DNA of 58,727 bases from Rhizobium sp. Q54 (GTDB lineage Bacteria > Pseudomonadota > Alphaproteobacteria > Rickettsiales > UBA1997): assembly GCA_945875865.1 (NCBI GenBank), contig CAMCMF010000005.1, positions 1-58,727 of the forward strand, in the 5' to 3' direction. The first letter of the stretch is position 1. The number at the start of each line of letters is the position of its first letter. Positions 50,195 to 58,727 of the stretch are shown one piece after another. The notes below the pieces were generated by a model. The model made no database searches and was not told the DNA's origin. It saw only the letters and a list, made by a program, of their open reading frames with translations. The position numbers and the translations under genes were made by a program.

Positions 50195-52378
50195 CTAGAT
50201 TATTTTCGTCTTAAAGAGAAAAGTTTTTATCATATTAAAAATTTCTTCTTTTCTTTCTGAATTGATGATCACGTGATTTGAAAAATCAACTTCCTCAAGC
50301 TGTTTCTCTTTAGAATTAATTTGATCATAAATCATTCTTCCGCTAATTGGATTAACCACAGGATCTTTGTTCGCCTGAATAATCAAGGCATTAGCTGATA
50401 CCCTGCTAAGATTTCCTTCACAAAGCTGCATCAATTTTTCTAACTCGTGAACACCTTTAATGTAATTGCGACTATAGTTAATCTCAGGATTTTCTGGATG
50501 ATCATCAACATATTCAAAGCGACCTTTTCCGATATTAAATTTTTCCAACATCTCATTCCACAAATCTATTCCGGGAACCATGCGAGCTTTAATATCTAAT
50601 AATTTTAGCGCGGCATTAATCGAAATAACCGCATGAATTTTTTTTGCTCGCGCAGCTTTTCTAGCGCAAGAAAGTAGACTCAAAAGACCTCCGGTCGAAA
50701 AGCCGATTATCACAATTCTTGAAGAAATATTTTGTAAAGCGGCGTAACCACGCTGCACTGAATCATACCATTTTTCAACACTAGTATCCCGAAGATTTAT
50801 CGGTGCCGTGCCGTGTCCATGAAGCCTCGTTACATAAACCTTAAAACCAAAACCATTTAAGAATTTTGCTAGTGATTCAGTTTCTTTTGGCGCAGATTTA
50901 TAACCATGAACCAATAAAATTCCGACTTTTTTCACTCGTGATGGAGCTTTGATTTTTGTATCAAGAAAAAATGGCGAGCCAACAGATTTATCTTTAGAAA
51001 ATTTTTCATCAAAATAAGTGGCGTAATCGGAATTAAAATTTTCTAAATCACACTTTTGAATCCCAGCAAAAACTTTTTTTCTTAACTCCTCATCAGGAGT
51101 TTTGGCATTTCTTTTTACAATTCCATTCGCCACTTCTAACAAAAAGAATTCATTGGCAACAACGTGTAAAGTGTTCTCGCGCCTGATCTCATGGAAATCA
51201 TATTTTTTATTAAATGAGCCTCTATTGATTCTGATTTTATCGCCCGGAGTTTCTACAATCAGATTCTGCTTTTTTGCTAATTCAAAAACGCTGTCAAATT
51301 CTTCATGAGGCTCATCGATAAAAATTTTATAAAGATTTTCCTCAAAAATACTTTGATTGGGACGATATTTTCCGCTTTTTCTTATCATCGAAGCCGATAA
51401 ATAAATCACTCTTTTCAAACGATTAATTTCGACTTCGCCTTCGCTAAAATGATGTAGAGCTGCGATAAAAATATGATCTAAATTAACCTGAACATCAGAA
51501 TAGATCCTGCTCATAAAATCATTGGTGAGCGAGGATTTAAAATAGCGCAGAATAAAATTATTTTTTGTTTCATCCTTAATGATCGGAATTTGTGAAATCA
51601 CATCGCGGGTTTTTTTAATATATTCTCCCAGACTGATCGGATCGCCAAAATTGACATTGATTTCAGCGCCCAACAAAAGATTTCCTTCTATTTCTAATTC
51701 TTCCACAACTTGCTTGGGAATATCTTTGATCAATCGGTTGGCTAATCGTTGAATGGCATTATTTCCAGGACGAATCGGATAATAAGTGATGTTGAGCGGA
51801 ACGATATTGGTGTTAAGATCCTTGAGGCGATCATCATATTTTAAATGGAAAGTCCGTTCAAATTCATCTAAAGCGGTTTGATTTTTTTGCGCCGCAGCCT
51901 CGATTAGATCAGAGCGGTAAAGCTGCGATTTTAAAGCCAACACAGAGGATCCTGTACGCACCGGTCCAACGCGATGAGGGGTATAATTCATGAATAATCC
52001 TTCATGACGAATTTCTTTGCTTTTCAGCATGCCGCCTTCGGGATAGATCATCCAATCATAATCACCGGTGATCAAATCTTTTAATATGATATTATCGCGC
52101 TTAGGATCTTTGGTGGAGATAGTTCCAACTGAGCTTAAAAAATTTCCTAAAGCACCGAAATAAAGTCCGGAATCGGCCAAACAGCGCACTTGGCGGCCAG
52201 TATATTTGTAAATTAAATAGGGAATAAAAAATGTCTCGGAGCGCGTAAAATGATTGGCTACAAACAGAGTCGGCTGTTTAGGCAATTTTTCTAAACCACT
52301 AATAGAAAATCGCGAACCCAAGATTTTTTCCAAAACCCGCAAGGCAATCGAAGCATAGTGGAAGGTTTTTGCTGCCAT
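50195..52378 (-). CDS. PlsC-like acyltransferase fused to an alpha/beta carboxylesterase
   Basis: FVANHFTRSE and IYPEGGM (acyltransferase); LVHGY, GFSTG, DPVV and NHVI (hydrolase triad). Confidence 0.85.
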   Translation of the reverse strand: MAAKTFHYASIALRVLEKILGSRFSISGLEKLPKQPTLFVANHFTRSETFFIPYLIYKYTGRQVRCLADSGLYFGALGNFLSSVGTISTKDPKRDNIILKDLITGDYDWMIYPEGGMLKSKEIRHEGLFMNYTPHRVGPVRTGSSVLALKSQLYRSDLIEAAAQKNQTALDEFERTFHLKYDDRLKDLNTNIVPLNITYYPIRPGNNAIQRLANRLIKDIPKQVVEELEIEGNLLLGAEINVNFGDPISLGEYIKKTRDVISQIPIIKDETKNNFILRYFKSSLTNDFMSRIYSDVQVNLDHIFIAALHHFSEGEVEINRLKRVIYLSASMIRKSGKYRPNQSIFEENLYKIFIDEPHEEFDSVFELAKKQNLIVETPGDKIRINRGSFNKKYDFHEIRRENTLHVVANEFFLLEVANGIVKRNAKTPDEELRKKVFAGIQKCDLENFNSDYATYFDEKFSKDKSVGSPFFLDTKIKAPSRVKKVGILLVHGYKSAPKETESLAKFLNGFGFKVYVTRLHGHGTAPINLRDTSVEKWYDSVQRGYAALQNISSRIVIIGFSTGGLLSLLSCARKAARAKKIHAVISINAALKLLDIKARMVPGIDLWNEMLEKFNIGKGRFEYVDDHPENPEINYSRNYIKGVHELEKLMQLCEGNLSRVSANALIIQANKDPVVNPISGRMIYDQINSKEKQLEEVDFSNHVIINSERKEEIFNMIKTFLFKTKII

Positions 52379-52380
52379 GC

Positions 52381-53403
52381 TTAAGAGAAATGTTTTTCGA
52401 AAACAGATTCATTGAGTTTTGCTAACTCTTTGATTTCAACTTCAGAGGAATTGATGCGAATTTTTTCTTTTACAACCACACCAATTTTAAAAACTGCGAT
52501 AGATTTTTTTTCAGCTTTTTTTCTTAATTCCTTAACCATCGAAGAATCAAGAGTGACAATATAACGTGACTGATCTTCGGCAAAAAGAATTTTATTTTCA
52601 TCATTTTCACCAGCTGCTTTCAGTTCAGATAAATCAATATCGCAACCGAGTTTGAGGTTAGACATTTCAAATAAAGCAACCAGCAATCCACCGTCAGAAA
52701 TATCGTGACAAGCGTTGATGGAAGCGCTCTCAATTAATTCGCGAACAAATTCACCATGTTTTTTTTCTTCAGCTAAATCAACGATTGGGGGATTTTTTTT
52801 GCTTTCAATTTTCAAAATTTCGCGCTCGAAAAGAGAACAGGAAATATGGCCAGCAGTTTTGCCAATTACGATAATTTCATCACCGATCATTTTGAATTTT
52901 GAGTCACATCTTTTTTGAAAATCTTTCAACAATCCAACACCGCCAATTGCTGGAGTTGGCTGAATCGCCTTGCCATCAGTTTCATTGTAAAGTGAAACAT
53001 TTCCGGAAACGACGGGATAATCCAAAGCCTTACAAGCTTCTGTTATTCCTTGAATTGCACGCACAATTTGTCCCATGATTTCGGGCTTTTGCGGATTACC
53101 AAAATTCAAACAATTTGTAATCGCCAAAGGTTTGCCACCAACTGCAGAAATATTGCGATAAGTTTCTGCAACCGCTTGTTTAGCGCCTTCAAAAGCATCA
53201 GCTTCAACATAACGCGGAGTACAATCTGCCGTTAGCGCTAAAGCTTTTTGAGTGTTGTGAACACGAATAATCGCAGCATCTCCACCAGTTTGAATAGTAT
53301 CGTTCATCACCTGCGAATCATATTGCTCGTAGATCCATTTTTTTGAGGCAAGATCAGGAACTTGCAGGAGTGTTTTTAAATTTTCGAGAATTTGTGAAGA
53401 CAT
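52381..53403 (-). CDS. purL: FGAM synthetase PurL, C-terminal half (split gene)
   Basis: DLASKKWIYEQYD, ITNCLNFGNP, VSGNVSLYNET and HDISDGGL; own ATG at 53403 (TTG at 53412), with an in-frame stop just upstream. Confidence 0.92.
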   Translation of the reverse strand: MSSQILENLKTLLQVPDLASKKWIYEQYDSQVMNDTIQTGGDAAIIRVHNTQKALALTADCTPRYVEADAFEGAKQAVAETYRNISAVGGKPLAITNCLNFGNPQKPEIMGQIVRAIQGITEACKALDYPVVSGNVSLYNETDGKAIQPTPAIGGVGLLKDFQKRCDSKFKMIGDEIIVIGKTAGHISCSLFEREILKIESKKNPPIVDLAEEKKHGEFVRELIESASINACHDISDGGLLVALFEMSNLKLGCDIDLSELKAAGENDENKILFAEDQSRYIVTLDSSMVKELRKKAEKKSIAVFKIGVVVKEKIRINSSEVEIKELAKLNESVFEKHFS

Positions 53404-53409
53404 TTGGGG

Positions 53410-53466
53410 CAATTATCAATTAACAATTATCAATTAACAAAAGTTGGAATTTGTTAATTGATAATT
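53410..53466. repeat. Heptamer repeats (CAATTAT/CAATTAA)4 with an inverted partial copy
   Basis: CAATTAT CAATTAA CAATTAT CAATTAA CAA ... TTGTTAATTGATAATT; related array at 56705-56733. Confidence 0.8.
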
Positions 53467-53562
53467 ACTACTTGTTACTTGATTCGCATTGACTCAGAAC
53501 CCTTGAAGACAAGGTTTTGATGGAAGTTTTTTATGATTTCATAATTTAGATCACAAGAAAAT

Positions 53563-55503
53563 TCATTGATGTGAATACTGTGTTTTTGCGTCCTGAAGAT
53601 TGACGACCGCTGATGTAGAAAAATTTTCAACTCTCGCTCTAGGCTTAAAAAAAACCAATGCAGCTTCACGCCCAACTTTAAATGCTTGGTTCACTTCATC
53701 ATTATTAATAGCCCAACTAATATTTGAAGATTTTATATCCACCTCGCCACCATAAATTTTTGACGAAATCATGCCATCACCAAGCATTGATCTACAAAGA
53801 GGATCCTCAGATTTTCTTAAATCAAAATTAAATCCTCTTGCACTAATCATCACATCATATTCCAACTTTTTTCCATCAGACATTTGAATAATAATTTTCT
53901 CATTTTCTCCTTGCGCTTGAGCGGCATCGCGCCCGATTACTCTCGCATTAAAAATTCCACTTTTGACAAGAGACATCATCTCCTTTACTGATTGAATTGG
54001 CACTTTTTCTTTATGAAAGGAATTAGCGATGTGGGCAATTGCGTAAAATATTTGCGAATCAGATGCTTTTTCTAACGCATGCGATTTTTCATCGAGCGAA
54101 TAAAATTGTTTAAAAATATCATTCAAAAAAAGATATCCCTCCGCCTTATCTCCTTTTAAAAACATCGCTTCAAAAGCTACAAAAATTTTTAGATAATCCA
54201 CATCTTTTGCCTCCACTTTAAAAGCTTTTTGTATTTTTTTGAATTGAGACAGTGGCTCACAAATATTCGCAGCTATTTCATCTAGTTTTTTATCAATTTC
54301 CTCATCCGTAAATGATGATGATTGAGCGATCATAATTTTAATAAACTTTTTCGCTGTATCAGCATATTCTTTGTTTTTTACTCGATTAGAAATTTCTGCC
54401 GTTCTAGCAAAAATCATCAACACTTGCCATAAATAAATTTGTCCACCCTGCTCCTTTACAAGATTCTCAATTACATTACGAGATTTAAGTAATTCATATG
54501 TAAGGTCATTTTTTCTTGGTAAAATTTGCGGTCCTGGGTTAATTTTTTTCATTACATTGGTGCGCGAAAGCATCTCGACAGAAATCACATATCCCTCCCC
54601 ATCATCTGGAGTAAATTTCAAATTACCTTCACCATCCTCTTCAAAAAAACCCCCGCTAGTAGCAATTGTTTTTAAGGCATCTAGCGCACTTAAACCATTT
54701 CCCTGAATTGCTATTGAGATTATTTTATTTTCATCGCCAGCAGCTTTTCTTTTTGCAATCTCCATTGCAATTATTCTATCCAAATTTGCCGTTAAATTTT
54801 TTGATGGCCAAACTTCTGGAATATATCTTTCCGATTCAACATCACCCTTCGTAAATTGTGAGCCCGTTGAAATTATTGCATGATCAAATTTTATAAATTT
54901 ATCAGCACAACCAAGAGTTAATTCGCCAGATTGTTTATCTTCTGTTAAAGAGGTTACTTTGCCGCGGGGATGAAGATTTACAAGAACGCCGTGAGCTTTA
55001 ATTTTTTCTACTGTTTCTGCAAAAATTTGACTGGAATAAATTCCAAAAAGAATTCTTGGATGATGGATATCAATAGTTTCTAAATTTAAATAACGCTTTT
55101 GAAAACCTGCCCAAATTTTATCGCAATGCTCTCGTAAAGCTTTTTTTTCATTGAAATTTGGCTCAATGATTCCCTCAAATTTGCCAAAGCGTTGCTCGAA
55201 TTTTCTTACAAATCTCTCTTCAAAAATTCTATAAAAACGCTCAATAATTTTATCTTTTTTAGATTTAATAAATTCGAAATAATTATCCGAATCAGGAATT
55301 TTAATAGCGTTGGATTTGAAATTAAATAACTGCCAAGAATCGGTTGTTTCAGGATTGAAAGCTAGTCCAGCACCCATGATTTCTGATTTATCAAAAATAT
55401 CAATTTGCACGATATCCGTGACTTCCTTTTTATCTAATTTATCCGCTATTTCAAAAATAGCTCCTAAGCCAGTTAGGCCGGCGCCAATAATGGCAATCCT
55501 CAT
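53563..55503 (-). CDS. FAD/NAD(P)-binding domain protein of unknown function
   Basis: MRIAIIGAGLTGL Rossmann motif, PRILFGIY and a second GNGLSALD motif; ATGA overlap with the dctA stop. Confidence 0.8.
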   Translation of the reverse strand: MRIAIIGAGLTGLGAIFEIADKLDKKEVTDIVQIDIFDKSEIMGAGLAFNPETTDSWQLFNFKSNAIKIPDSDNYFEFIKSKKDKIIERFYRIFEERFVRKFEQRFGKFEGIIEPNFNEKKALREHCDKIWAGFQKRYLNLETIDIHHPRILFGIYSSQIFAETVEKIKAHGVLVNLHPRGKVTSLTEDKQSGELTLGCADKFIKFDHAIISTGSQFTKGDVESERYIPEVWPSKNLTANLDRIIAMEIAKRKAAGDENKIISIAIQGNGLSALDALKTIATSGGFFEEDGEGNLKFTPDDGEGYVISVEMLSRTNVMKKINPGPQILPRKNDLTYELLKSRNVIENLVKEQGGQIYLWQVLMIFARTAEISNRVKNKEYADTAKKFIKIMIAQSSSFTDEEIDKKLDEIAANICEPLSQFKKIQKAFKVEAKDVDYLKIFVAFEAMFLKGDKAEGYLFLNDIFKQFYSLDEKSHALEKASDSQIFYAIAHIANSFHKEKVPIQSVKEMMSLVKSGIFNARVIGRDAAQAQGENEKIIIQMSDGKKLEYDVMISARGFNFDLRKSEDPLCRSMLGDGMISSKIYGGEVDIKSSNISWAINNDEVNQAFKVGREAALVFFKPRARVENFSTSAVVNLQDAKTQYSHQ

Positions 55504-56705
55504 TCTTTAAATTCTTTTTCCAATTTACTAATCGCCACTGCAGCAGTGGCATTGCCGATCAGATTAGTAACGGCGCGGGCTTCGGACATGAAGCGGTCGA
55601 TTCCTAAAATTAAAGCCAAGCCGGCAACTGGAATAGTTGGAAGCACCGAAAGCGTTGCTGCTAAAGTGATGAAGCCACTTCCAGTAACTCCAGCCGCACC
55701 TTTGGAAGTGATCAATAAAACCAACATCATGGTTAAAATTTGATGCAGCGATAAATCAATATTGAAAGCCTGAGCCAAGAATAAAATCGCCATCGTAAAA
55801 TAAATGCAGGTGCCGTCGAGATTGAAGGAGTAGCCACTTGGAATCACCAATCCCACAATCGATTTTGGACAACCAAAATTTTGCATTTTCAACATCAAAC
55901 TTGGCAAAGCTGATTCGGATGAAGAAGTGCCGAGCACTAAAAAAATTTCTTCTTTGATGTGGGAGATGAGCTTGAAAATGCTCGAGCCACAAAGTTTTAA
56001 AACCAAACCAAGGGCAAAAATTATAAATAAAATGCAGGTGATGTAAAAACAGATCATGAGTTTAGCCAGCGGCAGCAGTGAAGCGAGACCGTATTTTCCA
56101 ATCGTGTAACTCATGGCGCCGAAAGCTCCGATCGGCGCTAGTAACATAATTTTTGAAATGAGTTTGAAAGCGATTTCCGATAAATCGCGGATGCCCTCAA
56201 TTAATGTTTTTGTACGCTCTTGCACTGAAGAAATTGCCAGGCCAAAAATTATTGCGACAAATAAAACTGATAAAATTTCACCGTGAACAAAAGCAGAAAA
56301 TAAAGTATCGGGAATGATATTGAGGAGAAAATCTGTGAAGCTGGAAGTTGGTTTGGAATAGCTAGAAATTGCCGAAGCATCTAACGTTGTGACATCAATA
56401 TTCATACCGCTTCCCGGCTTTAAAAAATGCGTGACGACGAGTCCGATTAGAAGTGCGATCGTGGTTAAAACTTCAAAATAAATCAAAATTTTTAAACCAA
56501 CTTTTCCTAATTTTTTGAGATCAAAAGAATCAATAATTCCCAGCACAATAGTGATAAAAATAATCAGCGGCACGCACATTTTTATCAACTTGATGAATCC
56601 ATCACCCAGTGGCTTCATCGCCTCAGCTTGCGTCGGAAAATATACACCAAAAATTATCGCAAGGACGATTGCAGCGAGAACTTGGAAATAGAGGGGGAGG
56701 CGCAT
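55500..56705 (-). CDS. dctA: C4-dicarboxylate:H+ symporter
   Basis: LYFQVL, FIKLIKM, LGTSSSESALP, GYSFNLDGT, SKGAAGVTGSGF and GIDRFMSEAR. Confidence 0.95.
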   Translation of the reverse strand: MRLPLYFQVLAAIVLAIIFGVYFPTQAEAMKPLGDGFIKLIKMCVPLIIFITIVLGIIDSFDLKKLGKVGLKILIYFEVLTTIALLIGLVVTHFLKPGSGMNIDVTTLDASAISSYSKPTSSFTDFLLNIIPDTLFSAFVHGEILSVLFVAIIFGLAISSVQERTKTLIEGIRDLSEIAFKLISKIMLLAPIGAFGAMSYTIGKYGLASLLPLAKLMICFYITCILFIIFALGLVLKLCGSSIFKLISHIKEEIFLVLGTSSSESALPSLMLKMQNFGCPKSIVGLVIPSGYSFNLDGTCIYFTMAILFLAQAFNIDLSLHQILTMMLVLLITSKGAAGVTGSGFITLAATLSVLPTIPVAGLALILGIDRFMSEARAVTNLIGNATAAVAISKLEKEFKE

Positions 56706-56733
56706 TTAACAATTAACAATTAGCAATTAACAA
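56705..56733. repeat. Heptamer repeats (CAATTAA/CAATTAG) abutting the dctA start codon
   Basis: TTTAA CAATTAA CAATTAG CAATTAA CAA. Confidence 0.7.
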
Positions 56734-56774
56734 AGGGGGTTGGAACGTAATGATGGATCTTGGTTAAACTTAGA

Positions 56775-57073
56775 GAATATTTTTTTCGCAACAGCCACAA
56801 ATCGCGTGCTGGGCGTGGTTTGTAACCGCGTGCTGGGCATGGTTTGTAACCGCGTGCTGGGCGTGGTTTGCAACCGCGCCCTTAAGTTCATAAATTAATT
56901 TCAATTTTGTAAAACATTAAGGCGGCATTGCAAATGCCGCCTAGCGCCGGAATATTTTTTTCGCTCAATCACCCTAACCCCAGCCCGCGTGCTGGGCGTG
57001 GTTTGCAACCGCGTGCTGGGCGTGGTTTGCAACCGCGCCCTTAAGTTCATAAATTAATTTCAATTTTGTAAAA
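56775..57073. repeat. Duplicated module with 24-bp tandem palindromic units (3+2 copies), family F
   Basis: CGCGTGCTGGGCGTGGTTTG(T/C)AAC at 56803, 56827, 56851, 56986 and 57010; each block is followed by the same 40-bp tail. Confidence 0.9.
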
Positions 57074-57140
57074 TATTCAGGTTTTTCTGGATCCCCGCTT
57101 TCGCGAGAATTACAACGAAAAAATAAATCATAGAAAAATA

Positions 57141-58280
57141 TTAAACCCACGGACGATCATATTCCGGAGCGCTTTCCGACAAAGGCTCCGACGGAATGTC
57201 GGCGTAAACTTCGCCTCTCATTTTAATCACCACGCGACCAGTATCGGTCACTTTTCCAATCACCGCAAAATCTAAATTCCATTTTTCAAAAACTTCACGC
57301 GCCACATTTTCTTTTTCGGGCTTGATGATCATTAACATTCTTTCCTGACTTTCGGAAAGCATGATTTCGTAAGGCGTCATGCCAGTTTCGCGTTGTGGGA
57401 CATTTTCTAAATTCAATTCAATTCCGGTTCCGCCCTTCCCTGACATTTCGAATGAAGATGATGTCAAGCCCGCAGCGCCCATGTCTTGAATCGATAAAAT
57501 GCAATCGAGCTGCATTAATTCTTGGCAGGCTTCGAGCAAAAGTTTTTCCGCAAAAGGATCACCCACTTGAACTGTTGGACGCTTATCTTCATCGCCTTCT
57601 TTAAATTCATCTGATGCCATCACCGCACCATTTATGCCGTCGCGGCCAGTTTTTGATCCGACATAAACTACCGATGCGCCAACTTGCGATGCCGCGGAAT
57701 AGAAAATTTTATCTTTGCTGGCGAGACCAACAGTCATGGCATTAACAATAATATTTCCGTTGTAACTTTTATCAAAGGTAACTTCTCCCGCCACAGTTGG
57801 AACACCGACGCAATTGCCGTAGCCGCCAATTCCCGACACAACTCCATTCACCAATTGTTTAGTTTTTGGATGATTAATATCGCCGAAACGCAATGCATTT
57901 AAATTAGCAATCGGACGCGCACCCATCGTAAAAACGTCGCGCAAAATTCCACCAACTCCAGTCGCCGCACCTTGATATGGCTCGATGAATGACGGGTGAT
58001 TATGACTTTCCATTTTAAAAATTACCGCTTGACCATCGCCAATATCGATCACACCAGCATTTTCACCAGGACCACAAATTACCCATGGAGCGGTAGTATG
58101 CATGGTTTTAAGCCATTTCTTGGTTGATTTATAAGAACAATGTTCCGACCACATCGCCGAAAAAATTCCGAGCTCGGTGATGGATGGAGTGCGCCCAAGA
58201 ATTTCCAAAAGTTTCTGATATTCGCCTTCGGTAAGATTGTGATCTTTAACCAATTGTGGCGTGATTTCGATGTGCTTCAT
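57141..58280 (-). CDS. purL: FGAM synthetase PurL, N-terminal half (split gene)
   Basis: [37 protein letters not shown] and LSESQERM; ends APEYDRPWV-stop. Confidence 0.93.
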   Translation of the reverse strand: MKHIEITPQLVKDHNLTEGEYQKLLEILGRTPSITELGIFSAMWSEHCSYKSTKKWLKTMHTTAPWVICGPGENAGVIDIGDGQAVIFKMESHNHPSFIEPYQGAATGVGGILRDVFTMGARPIANLNALRFGDINHPKTKQLVNGVVSGIGGYGNCVGVPTVAGEVTFDKSYNGNIIVNAMTVGLASKDKIFYSAASQVGASVVYVGSKTGRDGINGAVMASDEFKEGDEDKRPTVQVGDPFAEKLLLEACQELMQLDCILSIQDMGAAGLTSSSFEMSGKGGTGIELNLENVPQRETGMTPYEIMLSESQERMLMIIKPEKENVAREVFEKWNLDFAVIGKVTDTGRVVIKMRGEVYADIPSEPLSESAPEYDRPWV

Positions 58281-58516
58281 TAGTTAAGTTTTTTAATTAC
58301 ATATTTATTAAACCAAGCAGGAATGCTTTCGGTTTTTATTTCAACAATTTTTCCATTTTGCGTTTCAGCAAGCCAGAATTCTTTGCTACCGGAAGGAGCA
58401 TCGTGCCCACCCCGACTTACCCGATATTTCACACGAGAAATATTAATTTTTGGGCTTTCGGTTGCAATGAAATAAAGGTAAGTTTTATATCCCAATTCAT
58501 TCGCTTTTTTTAGCAA
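58280..58516 (-). pseudogene. Fragment of a zeta-toxin-like/AAA P-loop protein
   Basis: GYKTYLYFIATESPKINISRVKYRVSRGGHDAP matches the mid-section of this family; no Walker A, weak start, upstream MITE. Confidence 0.6.
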
Positions 58517-58583
58517 AGAAATTTTATCACCAAGAAATTAGGAAAGGAAATTTTCTTAGCAAGACTGGGCTGAGATCAGATTC

Positions 58584-58727
58584 AACCCAGATCCGTCATT
58601 AGAAATTTAACAGAATTTGGCTTAGCCAAGAAAATAAAGGGCGAAGCGGGATTTTTTAGGCGTAAGCTTATCACTTGATAAGTGCGCACTAAAAAATTCT
58701 GATTCAACCGCGTATTTTCTTGGCTAA
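58584..58727. mobile_element. Family D element, truncated by the window end
   Basis: AACCCAGATCCGTCATTAGAAATT start and shared internal blocks (AAGGGCGAA, CGTAA.CTTA, TTCAACCGCG) with 35328-35507. Confidence 0.75.

Noticed and set aside
56803-57033. Possible CRISPR array of 24-bp repeats
   Set aside because: Units are directly tandem with no spacers.
53404-57140. Intron, intein or IS as the cause of the purL split
   Set aside because: No RT/maturase, homing endonuclease, transposase or intein terminal residues; both halves have their own start and stop codons.
2170-57902. Numerous 60-130 aa ORFs overlapping or antisense to long genes
   Set aside because: Shadow frames of well-supported CDS with no motifs of their own.

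Overview
AT-rich alphaproteobacterial chromosome segment, most consistent with an environmental or deep-branching Rickettsiales-like organism. This is inferred from popZ, the NDUFA12-mlaD-DUF2155 cluster, a TacA-like regulator, ppdK plus its regulator, virB10, a lone tRNA-Ala and Rickettsia-style palindromic repeats. About 37 CDS and one tRNA are supportable; no rRNA, CRISPR array, integrase or transposase was seen. Most notable: (1) purL is split cleanly into two intact ORFs at the inter-domain linker, with dctA, an FAD-binding protein and several repeats between the halves. (2) At least six families of palindromic or short tandem repeats occur, including in-frame copies inside mnmG (two different insertions) and murD. 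(3) Three large proteins share a similar C-terminal tail and are candidate secreted effectors; one has a macrodomain-like region plus a His-before-Cys protease-like region, another starts with an NLS-like PKRRRR. (4) A ~1970-aa Cys-rich exported protein has CCP/HRM-like repeats interrupted by a beta/gamma-crystallin module. (5) Also present: a catalytically degenerate TacA-like activator, an oversized PopZ, an orphan virB10 and a dinD + Type ISP restriction-modification cassette. Domain calls on hypothetical proteins are by-eye motif recognition, not database results.
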